Shown: positions 1-13,399 of the stretch, one piece after another
How the letters are laid out: each line of letters starts with the position of its first letter
How positions within the stretch are numbered: position 1 is the first letter of the stretch
NCBI GenBank assembly: GCA_052327205.1
Contig: CM126203.1
Span: 100,750,001-100,814,000, forward strand
Direction: 5' to 3'
Source: Somniosus microcephalus
Lineage: Eukaryota
Length of the DNA: 64,000 nt
The notes under the pieces: model-generated
Database searches by the model: none
What the model was told of the DNA's origin: nothing
Seen by the model: the letters and a program-made list of their open reading frames with translations, nothing else
Position numbers and translations under genes: made by a program

Positions 1-355
1 GTTAGAAGAAACTATTGCCTTAGAAATTAAATTAATAGAAACACCTTCATCAGGTCATTGTTACTGCTGCAGTAGGATTAAGGAAACTTGCAGAATATTT
101 GAATGTGCCGAAGAGTCTATTATTTGCAACTGAATGCACTTAAGATTGCTGCAACAATGCAAGAGGAAAATACAATGTATACTGTGCAACTCACTGTGGT
201 GCAAACTTCCCTTATTTAAATATCATTTGAGTGTAAAATATGTAAGCACTAATTTGGAGAGATAATTTAATTGTCTATTTAAAATAAAAATTAGTAACTT
301 CCCCCCCCAAAAAAATATATTCACACAGGTATTACATTTATGCATTGCAACATGA

Positions 356-960
356 TTACAACAACTTGCATTTATATAGTGCCTGAAATGTAGTAAAACA
401 TCCCAATGCACTTCACAGAAGAATTATCAAACAAACTTTGACAACAAGCCACACAAGGAGATATTAGAGCAGATGACCAAAAGCTTGGTCAAAGAGTGCC
501 TTAAAGGTGGAGAGAAAAGTAGAGAGGCATAGAGGTTTAGGAAGGGAGTTACAGAACTTACTTAGGACCTGGGCAGCTAAAGGCACGGTTGCCAATGGTG
601 GAGCGATTAAAATCGGGGATGTGCAAGAGGCCAGAATTTGAGGAGCGCAGAGATCTCGGAGGGTTGTAGGGCTGGAGGAGGTTACAGAGATAGGGAGGGC
701 CGAGTCCCTGGAGGAATTTGAAAACAGGGATGAGAATTTTAAAATTGAGGGGTTGCCACACCGGGAGCGAATGTAAGTTGGCAAGCACAAGGGTGATGGG
801 TGAACGGGACTTCGTCTGAGTTAGGATACATGCAGGAGAGTTTTGCATGAGTTCAAGTTATGGAGGGTGGAAGATGTGAGGCTGGCCAGGAGAGTATTGG
901 AATAGTCAAGTCTAGAGGTAACAAAGGTATGGATGAGGGTTTCAGCAGCAGATGAGCTTA
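356..960 (-). mobile_element. L2-clade LINE 3' fragment (degenerate)
   Basis: The minus strand encodes L2 ORF2 C-terminal motifs (SPITLVLANLHSLPVWQPLNFKILI, PYLCNLLQPYNPPRSLRSS) and ends in an L2-type tail (tataaatgcaagttgttg). The same family occurs at 56280-56932 and 60792-62917. Confidence 0.85.
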
Positions 961-1072
961 TGTTTCTGATAAAAACCATAAATTGCTCATGATGTTTTTG
1001 CCATCAGAATGTTTCACTTGTTACATCCTTCTATCACACTTGCAGCTACGCGTTAACTGTTTTTTATTCTTG

Positions 1073-2470
1073 TATATGGGGATGGTGCCAGGGGACTGGA
1101 GGATTACACATGTTACACCCCTGTTTAAAAAAGGGGAGGGATAAACCCAGCAACTACAGGCCAGCCAGCTTAACATCAGTGGTGAGGAAACTTTGAGAGA
1201 CAATAATCCGGGACAAAATTAATTGGCATTTTGAAAAGTATGGAGTAATAAATAAAAGTCAGCACGATTTGTTAAAGGCAAATCATGTTTGACTAACTTG
1301 ATTGAGTTCTTTGATGAAGTAACAGAGAGGGTTGATGAGAGTAATGCAGTTGATGTGTATATGGACTTTCAAAAGGCGTTTGACAAAGTATCACATTATA
1401 GACTTGTTAGCAAAATTAAAGGACATGAGATTAAAGGGACAGTGGCAGCATGGATACAAAATAGACTAAAGGACAGAAAGCAGAGAGTAGTGGTGAACTG
1501 GAGGGAAGTATACAGTGGTGTTCCCCAGGGGTCGGTATTAGAACCGCTGCTCTTTTTAATATACATTACTGACCTGGAAGTTTGCAGATGATACAAAACT
1601 GGGACAATGAGGCGGATAGTAACAGGCTTCAGGAGAACATAGTCAGACTGGTGAAATGGACAGACACATGACATGAAATTTAACGCAGAGAAATGTAAAG
1701 TGATACATTTTGGTAGGAAGAATGAGAGAGGCAGTATGAACTAAATGGTACAATTTTAAAGGGGATGCAGGAACAGAGAGACCTGGGGTGTGTATGTACA
1801 GAAATCTTTGAAGGTGGAAGGACAAGTTGAGAAAGCTGCTAAAAAAACATATGGGATTCTTGGCTTCATTAATAGAGGAAGAGAGTACAAAAGCAAGGAA
1901 GTTATGCTAAATCTTAATACAACACTGGTCAGGCCTCAGCTGGAGTATTGTGTTCAATTCTGGGTGCCACACTTTCGGAAGGATGTCAAGGCCTTGGAGA
2001 GGATGCAGAAGAGATTGCCTAGAATGGTATCAGGGATGAGGGGTTTCAGTTATGTGGAGAGAATGGAGAATCCGGGGTTGTTCTCCTTAGAGCAGAGAAG
2101 GCTAAGAGGAGATGTGTTAGAGGTGTTCAAAAGCATGAGCGGTTTTGATAGAGTAAATAAGGAGAAACTGCTTCCAATGGCAGAAGGGTCAGTAACCAAA
2201 GGACAGAGATTTAAGGTGATTGGCAAAAGAATCAGGTGACATTTTTTTTTAACACAGCGAGTTGTGGCAATCTGGAATGCACTGCTTGAAAGGGTGGTGG
2301 AAGCAGATTCAATAGTAACATTCAAATGGGAATTGGATAAATACTTGAAGGGGAAAAATATTAGAGCTATGGGGAAAGAGCAGGGGAATGGGATTAATTG
2401 GATAGCTCTACCAAACAGCCAGGACAATGGACCGAATGGCCTCTTTCTGTGATGTATCATTCTATGATTT
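1073..2470 (+). mobile_element. CR1 LINE fragment (RT domain to 3' UTR), frameshifted
   Basis: RT motifs [30 protein letters not shown] and LVRPQLEYCVQFW, LFSLEQRRLRGD are present; the copy ends in a CR1-type ATTCTATGATT tail. Confidence 0.92.
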
Positions 2471-2667
2471 TAGTCACCATTTATGCAAATGGCCACACAT
2501 GCTACTAAAATACTCATCTGAAATCAGTTACAGTCCTTACATAATTTTGGTTTTGTATTACAGTTGTAACATGACTACCTGTGCATTATTCACTATTCAT
2601 AAGTGCACTAGACTGAAATGTTTAACAAAAGGAAGAGGGTTCATTTTCACTTCATCAGCTATAAAAA

Positions 2668-3127
2668 AGAAAAGACTTGCATTTATATAGCGTCTTTCAC
2701 GACCACCAGAGTTCCAAAGCGCTTTACAGCCAATGAAGTACTTTTTGAAGTGTAGTCCCTGTTGTAATGTAGGAAATGCGGCACCCAATTTTCGCACAGC
2801 AAGCTCTCACAAACAGCAATGTGATAATGACCAGATAATCTGTTTTAGTGATGTTGATTGAGGGATAAATATTGGCCAGGACACCAGGGATAACTCCCCT
2901 GCTCTCCTTCGAAATAGTGCCGTGGGATCTTTTATGTCCACCTGAGAGAGCAGACAGGGCCTCGGTTTAATGTCTCATCTGAAAGATGGCACCTCCGACA
3001 GTGCAGCGCTCCCTCAGTACTGCACTGGAGTGTCAGCCTAGATTTTTGTGCTCAAGTCTCTGGAGTGGGACTTGAACCCACAGCCTTCTGACTCAGGCGA
3101 GAGTGCTACCAACTGAGCCACGGCTGA
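2668..3127 (-). mobile_element. tRNA-derived SINE, SacSINE1/Deu-domain type, near full length
   Basis: The minus strand starts with Pol III A box TGGCTCAGTTGG (3109-3120) and B box GGTTCAAGTCC (3068-3078). A Deu-like body follows, then an L2-like 3' tail. A second copy lies at 53539-53945. The family name is from recall. Confidence 0.85.
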
Positions 3128-3175
3128 TGGCTATCGGGGAAAAAAGGACGTGAAAATGTAAGAATTTTGTGTTTT

Positions 3176-3824
3176 ACATAAGTAAGAGCAGGAGTAGGCC
3201 ATACGGTCCCTCGAGCCTGCTCCGCCATTCAATAAGAACATGGCTGATCATCGACCTCAACTCCACTTTCCCACCCGATCTCCATATCCCTTGATTCCCC
3301 TAGAGTCCAAAAATCTATGTATCTCAGCCTTGAATATACTCAAAGACTCAGCATTCACAGCCCTCTGGGGTAGAGAATTCCAAAGATTCACAACCCTCTG
3401 AGTGAAGAAATTCCTCCTCATCTCAGTCTTAAATTGTCTACCCCTTATCCTGAGACTATGCTCCCTAGTTCTAGACACGCTAGCCAGGGGAAACAACCTC
3501 TCAGCATCTACCCTGTCAATCCCCTTCAGAATCTTGTATGTTTCAATGAGATCACCTCTCATTCTTCTAAACTCCAGAGAGTATAGGCCCATTCTACACA
3601 ATCTCTCATCATAGGACAGCCCTCTCATCCCAGGAATCAATCTAGTGAACCTTCGTTGCACCGCCTCCAAGGCAAGTATATCCTTCCTTAGATAAGGAGA
3701 CCAAAACTGTGCACAGTACTCCAGGTGTGATCTCACCAAGGCCCTGTACAATTGTAGCAAGACTTCCTTACTCTTATACTCCAACCCCCTTGCAATAAAG
3801 GTCAACATGCCATTTGCCTTCCTT
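3176..3824 (-). mobile_element. CR1 LINE 3' fragment
   Basis: ORF 3257-3808 encodes the CR1 ORF2 C-terminus (LEYCAQFWSPYLRKDI, RRMRGDLIETYKI, FFTQRVVNLWNSLP) followed by the 3' UTR. Confidence 0.92.
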
Positions 3825-4199
3825 ATTTTGTTTTCCTTCTATTTAAAGTTTAGTACAACAGACTTCATCCCCACAGGACTGGCAAACAGAAAGCCTAGGA
3901 AATTAATATGGAATGAAGCCCATACGTTCCTCCCTTTGCAATTCTGCTTGGATATCTTGGATCACTTTAACACCCAAAAAGACACTGACCCTTTAAGCTA
4001 CAGTGCGTTATCTTCATCCCTTCATTTAAAGCCGTCAATGATTCTCCCCCACCCCCAAAACTAGCATGCTGACAAATCCAAGGTAATTTCTTGTGCTAGT
4101 GGAAGCAAAATATGCAGCTGTAAATGCATGAACCAACCCGAAGTCCAATGAAATATGGTGTGCAGCACTGAGTGACCTGTGACAATTGTTCTTTAAATA

Positions 4200-4604
4200 C
4201 ATAGAATTTACAGCACAGAAACAGGCCATACGGTCCAACAGGTCGATGCTGGTGTTTATGCTCCACACTAGCCTCCTCCTAACCTTACTTCATCTCACCC
4301 TATCAACACATTCTTCTCTTCCTTTCTCCCTCGAGTACTTATGCTATTCACTTCAACCACTTCACGTGGTAGCAAATTCCACATTTTCACCACTCTGAGT
4401 AATCAAGTTTCTCCTGAATTCCTTATTGGTTTGATTAGCGACCATCTTATATTTATGGCCACTGGTTTTGGACTCCCCCACAAGTGAAAATATCTTCTCT
4501 ACATCTACCCTTTCGAACCCCTTCGTAAGTTTAAAGACATCTATCAGGTCACATCTCAGTCTTCTCTTTTCTAGAGAAAAGAGACTCAGCCTCTTCAGTC
4601 CTGT
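4200..4604 (-). mobile_element. CR1 LINE 3' fragment (degenerate)
   Basis: LSLFSLEKRRLRCDLIDVFK motif and a CR1-like tail on the minus strand. Confidence 0.8.
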
Positions 4605-6276
4605 AATGATCAAGGAAACTAGACTGCTGACTGTCTACTCATCTGGCTTACTTGGTTCTCAAAAGACACACATACCACAGGCAACTTGCCTGCATCAATC
4701 ACTAGGAGATGCATGAGAATGATTTTGGACAACACAAGATCCAACTTTCCAATTTATTCAGGGGAAGCGCTTAACCTCCATGTGATGTATTCCCCTAGGC
4801 TTTGAGCAGGAATAAAAGGGGAATCACAAACTCATGTCCCACTATCCCATGCCACAATACTTCTTGCTACAGTAAGGTAAGAAATCCCAAGAGAACCCTT
4901 TTGAGATGGATCCACCCCTTGATTGCAGCTGAGATCTAGATATTGCAGGCACCAAGAAAACTACTTAAAAAATGGTGCAACTACAATATAGAAATCTAAA
5001 CAGCAGATATTTGGCATACAAAGAAATTGTTTATATGGGTTCTCTGTTCTTTCTTGAACTTCTAACATTGTTTTTTACTTGTAACTGGAAAATAGGAAAA
5101 TCACAATCAATTGGAACCAAGAGAGAAAAAGAATTACGATGGGCCTAGGTAGAGAAGAGAGATAAAAACATCAACAGACGCATGCATGCACAACATGGGA
5201 GAGGAAGCACATGCATCAGAAGGAGCTTGTGCCACTTCGCACTGATGTTAGTTAATCTTGCTAAGAATCCAATCAAGGAACATGGAAGTAGCCAAAAACT
5301 GCAGAGTTGAGTTATACAACAGTATTTCTGGTGAACTAACTGTGTTCATAAACCCTGAAAAATATTGGCAATTGTTGTGAGAAATGAATTTCTTAATGCT
5401 ATATTACTTGATAAACATCTCATCTCACATGCAACTAGCTATTTTTTATATCCAGAAAATATGCATTTGACAAATGTGGTCTGAATATCATATCACCACT
5501 GTATATCATTGTTATTTCTGTACTGAGACTTAAGATACACAAGAAAGAAATAGCATTTATCACAAATTTATGTAAGTCCCATCGTCTTTGCTTCTTAGCA
5601 GTAAAGTCGTGACCCAACATCAGACTTCTGTTCTGTGTCACATCAAAAAAAAAGTTAAACAAGAAACTATAGCAATTGGTTATTTCAGGAAGTTTTTCAA
5701 AACATTTACGCTTCTGTTTCATTTCAGTCTGTTTAAGTTTTAAAATTGTCAGCATCTGTTTCTAAAACCACAGACTAAGCACACAATCCAGCAGTTGGTG
5801 TAACATTTGATATTTAAATCCTGTACTTTTTTTTCCCAACAACCATGTTCTAAAAAGCAGTGATTTTAATACCTTACACAAATCATTAGATTGAACTAGA
5901 GTTTCTAACTTTATTTTCTGAACACTTAAAACAACTTTATCCTATATTCTTGCCCTCCCCCAAATCAGTATTATCCCATCAGCAGGAATCAAACTTGCAA
6001 ACTCCTCCCTAGATGCCATTAAGGCCACACTTTGTTTTACCCACACACAGACGCCAATTGACTGGTGTGTGAGTGCTTGGAAGTCCCAGTCCACTACCTT
6101 GTTTTTGGTCTCTACACCTTCCCAAATAACGAAGGAAAGCTTTATGCAGTCCAGTGAGCACAAAACTGCTTCAGAAAAGACAGTCAGCAATTAAATAGAT
6201 GGCTGCCTGCATTTCAGGCCACAAAACTATGTCTTTAGGTGGGTCTCAGAGGCAGCAGTGCTACCACTGAAGTTGG

Positions 6277-6304
6277 TGGGGGGGGGGGGGGGGGGGGCGG
6301 GGGA
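6277..6304 (+). repeat. poly-G tract
   Basis: Run of about 20 G followed by CGGGGG, read directly. Confidence 0.9.
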
Positions 6305-7059
6305 GATGCTTATATTATTAAAGCATTGCAAGACAAATGCAGTATTACAATAGCACAGAATAACTCCCTGTGCCTGAAGAAAGAGTACATACCAATAATC
6401 TCTCTTTTAGTAGTGAAGCAGATTTTCTCGCTTTGCAGTTAAAACATTGTAGGGTGCAATAGATCGAATGCTGCTCTGGTCAGAAGTATCATAGCATTAT
6501 TATTCAATACAAAACTGCCATCCTTCCAAATATAATCATTTTGCCATCTGTGAAAGTTTTTTTTACCGCTTTGCCAAACCATTAAATAATGAATTCCACC
6601 CCACTATGTACAGTACCCCGTCAGACTTTCAAATAAACTGTATGCTCAGAATTCTTTTATGTGCTTGTCACAAAGAGGTCGAGCAATTTATTGACCATCA
6701 CTGGATGCTCTCTGTCAATGCTGAAGGAAATATGAGGGAAGGTTGTGGCTACTGTTGTGGAGCTCATTGATAATGACATACCTGCCTTCACTACCCATTA
6801 TCCATAGTACAAACTACTTAGGGATAACTGAAAAATCAATATCCTCCGAGTGCTGGCTCCTGCCTTTACCCTGTTTGATTGTCAGCTCCTGTCTAGGGCC
6901 CAATCTGACAAGAAAGGGGCTGTGACTACATGATGCCTTCAGAACACCTAACAATACAGAACAACTCAACAGAACAGTAAATTTTGCTTCCATACCCTCC
7001 TCATCAATTAGCCTTGGGTGAGGTCTGCCTGTATGGTGCAGCCTCTCCATTTTAGAATG

Positions 7060-7620
7060 AATACATGCAAGCTAAACACACCACTGCCTTCAGCAGTGAG
7101 CCAGGAAATCCACTGACAGTTTAAACAAAACAGAAAGTTGTAACTGTCATAATCTGCATCACACTTTCACGCCAACAAGGGTGTTATCAGTTGGGGCAAG
7201 CCCTGGAACACATAGCTCAAGCATCCCTGAGTCACCCAGTCATAAATTTTCATGTGAAGTGTGATAAAACACACATGAAATGGTCATGAATTTCCAGGTC
7301 CCTTGCATAACACACTGCAGTCGGAAATATACACAGAGGGCAAAGAGCCACAAAACAGCTCACTTTTCTTTTAACAGGCTGAAAAGATACAGGTTATGAC
7401 ATCTCACAGTAACTTGTCAAAGTAATAGCGTTGAAATTAATCTGAAAGAAATGAAGTTTAAAGGGGGACTATCTTTATTAAAAATGACAATATAGAAGCG
7501 GGTTTGCTAAACACCATAGCTCTCACAATAATGCAAATTGCATTAATGCTTTGCAAAATTACAATGAAAATTATGGCTGGCTGATCCTCCTTTTAAGGAA
7601 TAAAGCCATTGGCACCAAAA
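7060..7620. promoter_or_regulatory. candidate conserved non-coding element/enhancer
   Basis: Non-repetitive block with octamer ATGCAAAT (7531-7538) inside a 17-bp palindrome, plus several TGACA/TGTCA sites. Conservation was not tested. Confidence 0.35.
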
Positions 7621-9949
7621 ATTGTAGGAATGCCTTTTAGGTGGGTGGGGGATGGTTCCATCCCAAATTCCACCCCATGTAACAGCCTGATTGTAAAATT
7701 ACAGCAAAGTGTCTTTTTATTCACAAATTCCACCATCAGTAAAGCTACTACTTTTTTTTACTTCCTACAAACAATCCAAAAATTAATAGCAGCTGAATCT
7801 AGGAATCAAATCTTTAAACAGTAGGGTTTCACTAAATGTAAATTAGAGGAGCTATCAGATTTTTAAAAATTAATTCGTTTCATAAAGAAATTAAGACATT
7901 TAAATCAAAAATTGGAAGTAGCCCACAAAGTAATGATGTGGCTTTTTTCTATGTCGTAACACTGCAGTCCTTAAATAAGGTAAATCTTAGGGAACGGGAG
8001 AGAGGAAAGAGTATTTACCCCATCATAAGCAACGTAAAACAATTGTGTTTTTTCTTTAAAATTCTCAATTAGTACAAGATATCAGAACAATTAGTTTATT
8101 ACTGCTCCACCCTGGAAACCAGCAATTTCAACTTTGCATATTTACAGAAAGCGACTTGGCCGATATCAATAAATGGCTCAGTATGAAAATGCTGATCAGT
8201 ATCTTTTAACCATCCCGAATGCTGATCAGGAACCAAGCTCAGGAAGTTCTGTACCAGTAGTGCTTCGCTGGTACTGCAGTTTCCCTCATCTTGCATGACC
8301 AGTAATCAGTTCAGGATAGAAAAGGATGCAGATTAATGTTATTTCTTATGAAGCTGCTCACTGATGGGATCTGTAGCTGTCATCAGCTGAGTGGCTTCTC
8401 CCAAGTTAGGAGAGGCAAAATTAGGAGTCCCTGGAGTAGGGGAAATTCAAATATTTAGGTTTCTTTAAAACCTAATCTACAGAGTACTCCCCCTACATTC
8501 CTCAACTAAATTGATAACATGGTCTCTAGCAGTGAATGGAATGTCACTTATAGTAGTTGTAATGATTCATTAAACAATGCAAGTTGTATCATAGTTTACT
8601 GCAATATAGCCACTTCATGAAAGTTGTGAAAAGAAATGCAAACATGATCATTAGACTAAAACATTCTGAGGCGACTTGTTGCAGTCTCAGCTTAATGATA
8701 AGCTATGCTTCTGTTAAAATGTCATGTCCCTTTGTGTGCACATCTGATAGTGAAGTGAAAGGCCATGGACAGTGTCCAGCCCAGCAGCCAGATCACTCTG
8801 AAGCAGTCACAGCCATAGATCAAAGTTTTTCACAATCACCAGAACCTAGCTTAAAACCCATCTACCCAGCCCCTCACTGAGCTGACAAGCAGGTCAGTAT
8901 AAAATGAAGGCTTCTTAAAAGCTGCAGATAATAAGGAAAGCAGAAAGGGAAAGATCTAGAAAAACATCAGCACTAGTGAAGTCTGGAACCCTACACCAAA
9001 GAGGCTGCCTTACTGAAAACTTTAGATTTAAAATAAAAAGTTACTTACTAAAAAGAAAATCCAAAGACAGTGCAAAGTAACCCACTTGAAAACATGTATT
9101 ACAAACATCACCAAACACATTTTCCTTGAGCAATTTCTGTTACTAAGATTTTATTATTTCAGAAAGCTGTTTTAACAATTTTCAAAAACTGTAACTAAAT
9201 AAATTAGTTTTGATCTGGTAAAAGTGCACAATTCATGGTAACAGATTCAAGTCTTAGCAATACTGAATTATAGAAACATGTTAATGTGTTATGATGTTTG
9301 GTAATAGACATACCTATTTAAAAGACATTATTTTTTGCAAAAATATGAAAACACAACTTTCAGATTACCCAATCTTTTAGTGCATTTCAGTTATAGCAGT
9401 CAATGGTTGCCTAAAACAGGTTCATAAAAAAACACTAACCTTCTACAGGCTAAGTGATTCAGAGAAGAAGAATGCATTTTAAACAGTTACATAAAGGTTT
9501 TGATCCTAAGCATAAATCAATCCTGCATCAATAAACTAAGCTCCAATGCTATCTTCACATGCCTAGTTTTATTTGTGACATCTCTTTTGTAAACTTCAAA
9601 CACACGAAGGCCTCAAACTTGATGTAATAACAAGCGTGATGATATACCGTTACTGCTGGCAAGTTAGCTGTGCTCAATTTCAGAGGATCCATAAGACAGG
9701 CTGTTATGTTGTTAATGATTATGTAGTTAAAGTGTGACAAAAAAATTTCCACTAATAAACTGTTTCAGTTCAACATAATTAGTTGCTTACGTCTGCAGAA
9801 ATATAAAATTATAACTAATTTTATCTAACTTACACGTGCTACTGAAATGGTGCATCGGATTATTAGCAGCAAACAAAACCACCAGACATACAAAAGGTCA
9901 ATAACCTGACTCAGGCTTGCAGAAGAGGAATATTAGTAAATTTATTTAA

Positions 9950-11295
9950 GAAAGGAGGGGGAGAGAAAACAGGGAACTGCAGACCAGTTAGCCTGACATC
10001 AGTCGTCGGGAAAATGCTGGAATCCATTATTAAGGAAGTGGTAACAGGGCACTTAGAAAATCATAACCTGATTAGTCAGAGTCAGCATGGTTTTATGAAA
10101 AGGAAATCGTGTTTAATAAATTTATTAGAGTTTTTGAGGATGTAACTAGCAGGGTAGATAAAGGGGAACCAGTGGATGTAGTTTTTTGGATTTCCAAAAG
10201 ACATTCGATAAGGTACCACATAAATGATTGCTACGCAAGATAATGGCTCATGGGGTTGTGGGTAATATATTAGCATGGATAGAGGATTGGTTAATGGACA
10301 GAAAACAGAGAGTAGGGATAAACGGGTCATTTTCCAGTTAGCAGGCTGTAACTAGTGGTGTGCCGCAAGGATCAGTGCTTGGGCCTCAGCTATTTACAAT
10401 CTATATTAATGAATTAGATGAAGGGACTGAGTGCAATATATCCAAGTTTGCTGACGATACAAAGCTAGGTGGGAAAGTAAGCTGTGAGGAGGACACAAAG
10501 AGCCTGCAAAGGGATATAGACAGGTTAAGTGAGTGGGCAAGAAGGTGGCAGGTAGGAGTATAATGTGGGGAAATGTGAGGTTATTCACTTTGGTAGGAAG
10601 AACAGGAAAACAGAAAAACATTTAAATGGTGAGAACCTATTAAATGTTGGTGTTCAGAGAGATTTAGGTGTCCTCGTACAGGAAACACAAAGTTAGCATT
10701 CAGGTACAGCCAGCAATTAGGAAGGCAAATGACATGTTGGTCTTTATTGCAAGGGGGTTGAAGTACAAGAGTGAGGAAGTCTTGTTACAATTGCACAGGG
10801 CTTTTGTGAGACCACGCCTGGCTTGCCTTAGAGGCGGTGCAACGAAGGTTCACTCGATTGATCACCGGGATGAGAGGTTGAGTAGATTGGACCTATAGTC
10901 TCTGGAGTTTAAAAGAATGAGAGGTGATCTCATTGAAACATATAGGATTCTGAGGAGGATTGACAGGGTAGATGCTGAGAGGTTGTTTCCCCTGGCTAGG
11001 GAGTCTAGAACTATACAGCATAGTCACAGGATAAGGGGTCGGCCATTTAAGACTGAGATGAGGAGGTATTTCTTCACTCACGAGGGTTGTGAATCTTTGG
11101 AATTCTCCACCAGAAATGGCTGTGGATGCTAAATCATTGAGTATATTCAAGGCAGAGATAGATAGATTTTTGGACTCTAGGGAAATCAAGGGATATGGGG
11201 GAAAGTGGAGTTGAGGTTGAAGATCAGCCATGATCTTATTGAATGGTGGAACAGGCTTGAGGGCCATACTCCTGCTCCTAATTCTTATGTTCTTA
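9950..11295 (+). mobile_element. CR1 LINE fragment (RT to 3' end)
   Basis: [27 protein letters not shown] and MRGDLIETYRI motifs; ends in a TTCTTATGTTCTTA tail. Confidence 0.92.
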
Positions 11296-11776
11296 ATGTT
11301 CTCCTCTTAGCCTCCTCTGCTCCAAGGAGAATAACCCCAGCTTCTCTAGTCTACGCACGTAACTAATTCCTCATCCCTGGAACCATTCCAGTGAATCTCT
11401 TCTGTACCCTCTCCAAAGTCTTCAGGCCCTTCCTAAAGTGTGGTGCCCAGAATTGGACACAACACTTCAGCTGGGTCTGAACGAGTGTTTTATATATGTT
11501 TAGCATAACTTCCTGGCTTGTGTACTCTGTGCCTCTATTTATAATTCCCAGGATCCCATATCCTTTATTAACTGCTTTGTTAACCGGTCGTGCCACCTTC
11601 AGAAATTTGTGCACAAGCACCCCCAGGTCTCTTTGTTATTGCACCCCCTTTAAAATTGCACCATTTAGTGCTAATGGTCTCTCCTCATTCTCCCTACCAA
11701 AATGCATCACCTCACACTTCTCTGCGTTGAATTTCATCTGCCATGTGAACGCCCATTCCACCAGCCTGTCTATGTG
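11296..11776 (-). mobile_element. CR1 LINE fragment, inverted, abutting the previous copy
   Basis: WQMKFNAEKCEVMHFG, YGILGIINRG and CVQFWAPHFRK motifs on the minus strand. Confidence 0.88.
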
Positions 11777-13399
11777 AAGACCAGAAACGGATTTTAAAGT
11801 AGAGCCTGAGTGAGGAAATGATCTACAGGTCATGGAAGCTGAAGAGGGGAATGAAACTCCAACACAATCAGGCCGGGGTTGTCCAGAAACGGCAGTGGAA
11901 AGCCACGAATCTTTGGAGCTGGCAACAGTACAGAGTCAAGATGGGATCAGGAACTGAGTAGGAGAGGGATGCAAGCTATGGACCACGAGAAGGCCAGATA
12001 AACATAGGAGAAATCACAGAAGGGATGCAGCTTTTGACACAAATCTGTGACAGGGAGCCATGACAGGTCAGTGATCAGTTCAGATACTATTAATTCACCA
12101 TCAGCTGACATTACAGGGAAGTGTAAAAAGTATAACAGTTAAGTGTGGACATTTTAACATTGGAATTCCCATAGGAAACATTTATATAGCAGTTGCCAAT
12201 GGAGCTGGTGACTCACATAAAGAGAAAGGTTTGTTTTTAAAAAAAAAAGAAAAAAAAGTTATGCATATATAAAATACTTTAAAAATGATCCATCTGAATT
12301 TTATAGGTGGCTTTTAACAGAACTAAGTTCTCAGCGAAACATCTTTTTAAGAGACCATAATAGCTTGTTGAAAGCCAAGAGTTAATACTTGAGTACACTG
12401 TTAGAAAATTTAGCAAACTAGTTATTTTCGAGCATTCATCAGCACTTAATTAAACATTTAATTTCCAACAAAAAGGACACTTTGCCTGAAGAGTAATCAA
12501 TCAGACAAGTGAATAAGTGTAAATTATTTGCAAATCTCTCAAAATGGTGCCTTGCATTATAATTTAGGCGTTTATAAAGAGTTTTGATGGGCCGAATGGT
12601 CTTCTCCCATCCCTGGCTTTACTTATGATATATTGGGTTAAAATCAGTCAGATCAAATAATTTGTTGTGAAATTATGCTTTAATCAGGATCATTTGTGAC
12701 AAATATTGGAAAAAAATCACATGACATTTTCAATTGAAAGTTTTACTGAACAAAGATCAGAAATTCATCTTTTTGGAAAAAAAACTTTAAAGCTGCATTA
12801 ATATTGTAACCATCAGTCTAACACTGGTAGCTACAGAAATTGAATTGCAGCTGGCAATACTTGATATACGCTCCTTGGCTGTACATCAATCTCTGCATAT
12901 GCGCCTTTAAACGCATGCCTAAAGCTCCATTCCCACCTGTTAAATTGTTTAACATTTTGAGAGTGCCTGCTTTATCAAAACATTTTTTTAAACTCTGTAA
13001 ATCTATAAAGTGCTCCCCACCAATATTTTTTAAACCTGGCCTCACACAGCACTGCCCAAGCAGCCTCCTCTCCAGGAGTATGGTACTGCAGAGCTCCAGA
13101 GTTATATTGGACCTGACTCCTGTGTTACACTCATTTTTGTGTCACTTTGAAGCAGAGTCCACTTGACGGGGGCACAAAAATGATAGTATGACTGCAGTAT
13201 AAGAGTCAAATATCAGGGAAGTACCCAAAGTATATCAAGTGAAAATTTGTAGATTATGATAATAGTACATCTAAATTTTCCATTATTTTATTTTTTGTTA
13301 AAATAATCATTTTTGATCAAGGTACTACCTCTTATTTTACCTTATCTAATTTTTTTAACTAGAGTTCTACTAGAGTGGGTGTGCTATGCGTATCACTCA

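Noticed and set aside
3068-3127. tRNA gene
   Set aside because: The A and B boxes belong to a SINE head that continues into a repeat body; there is no complete cloverleaf.
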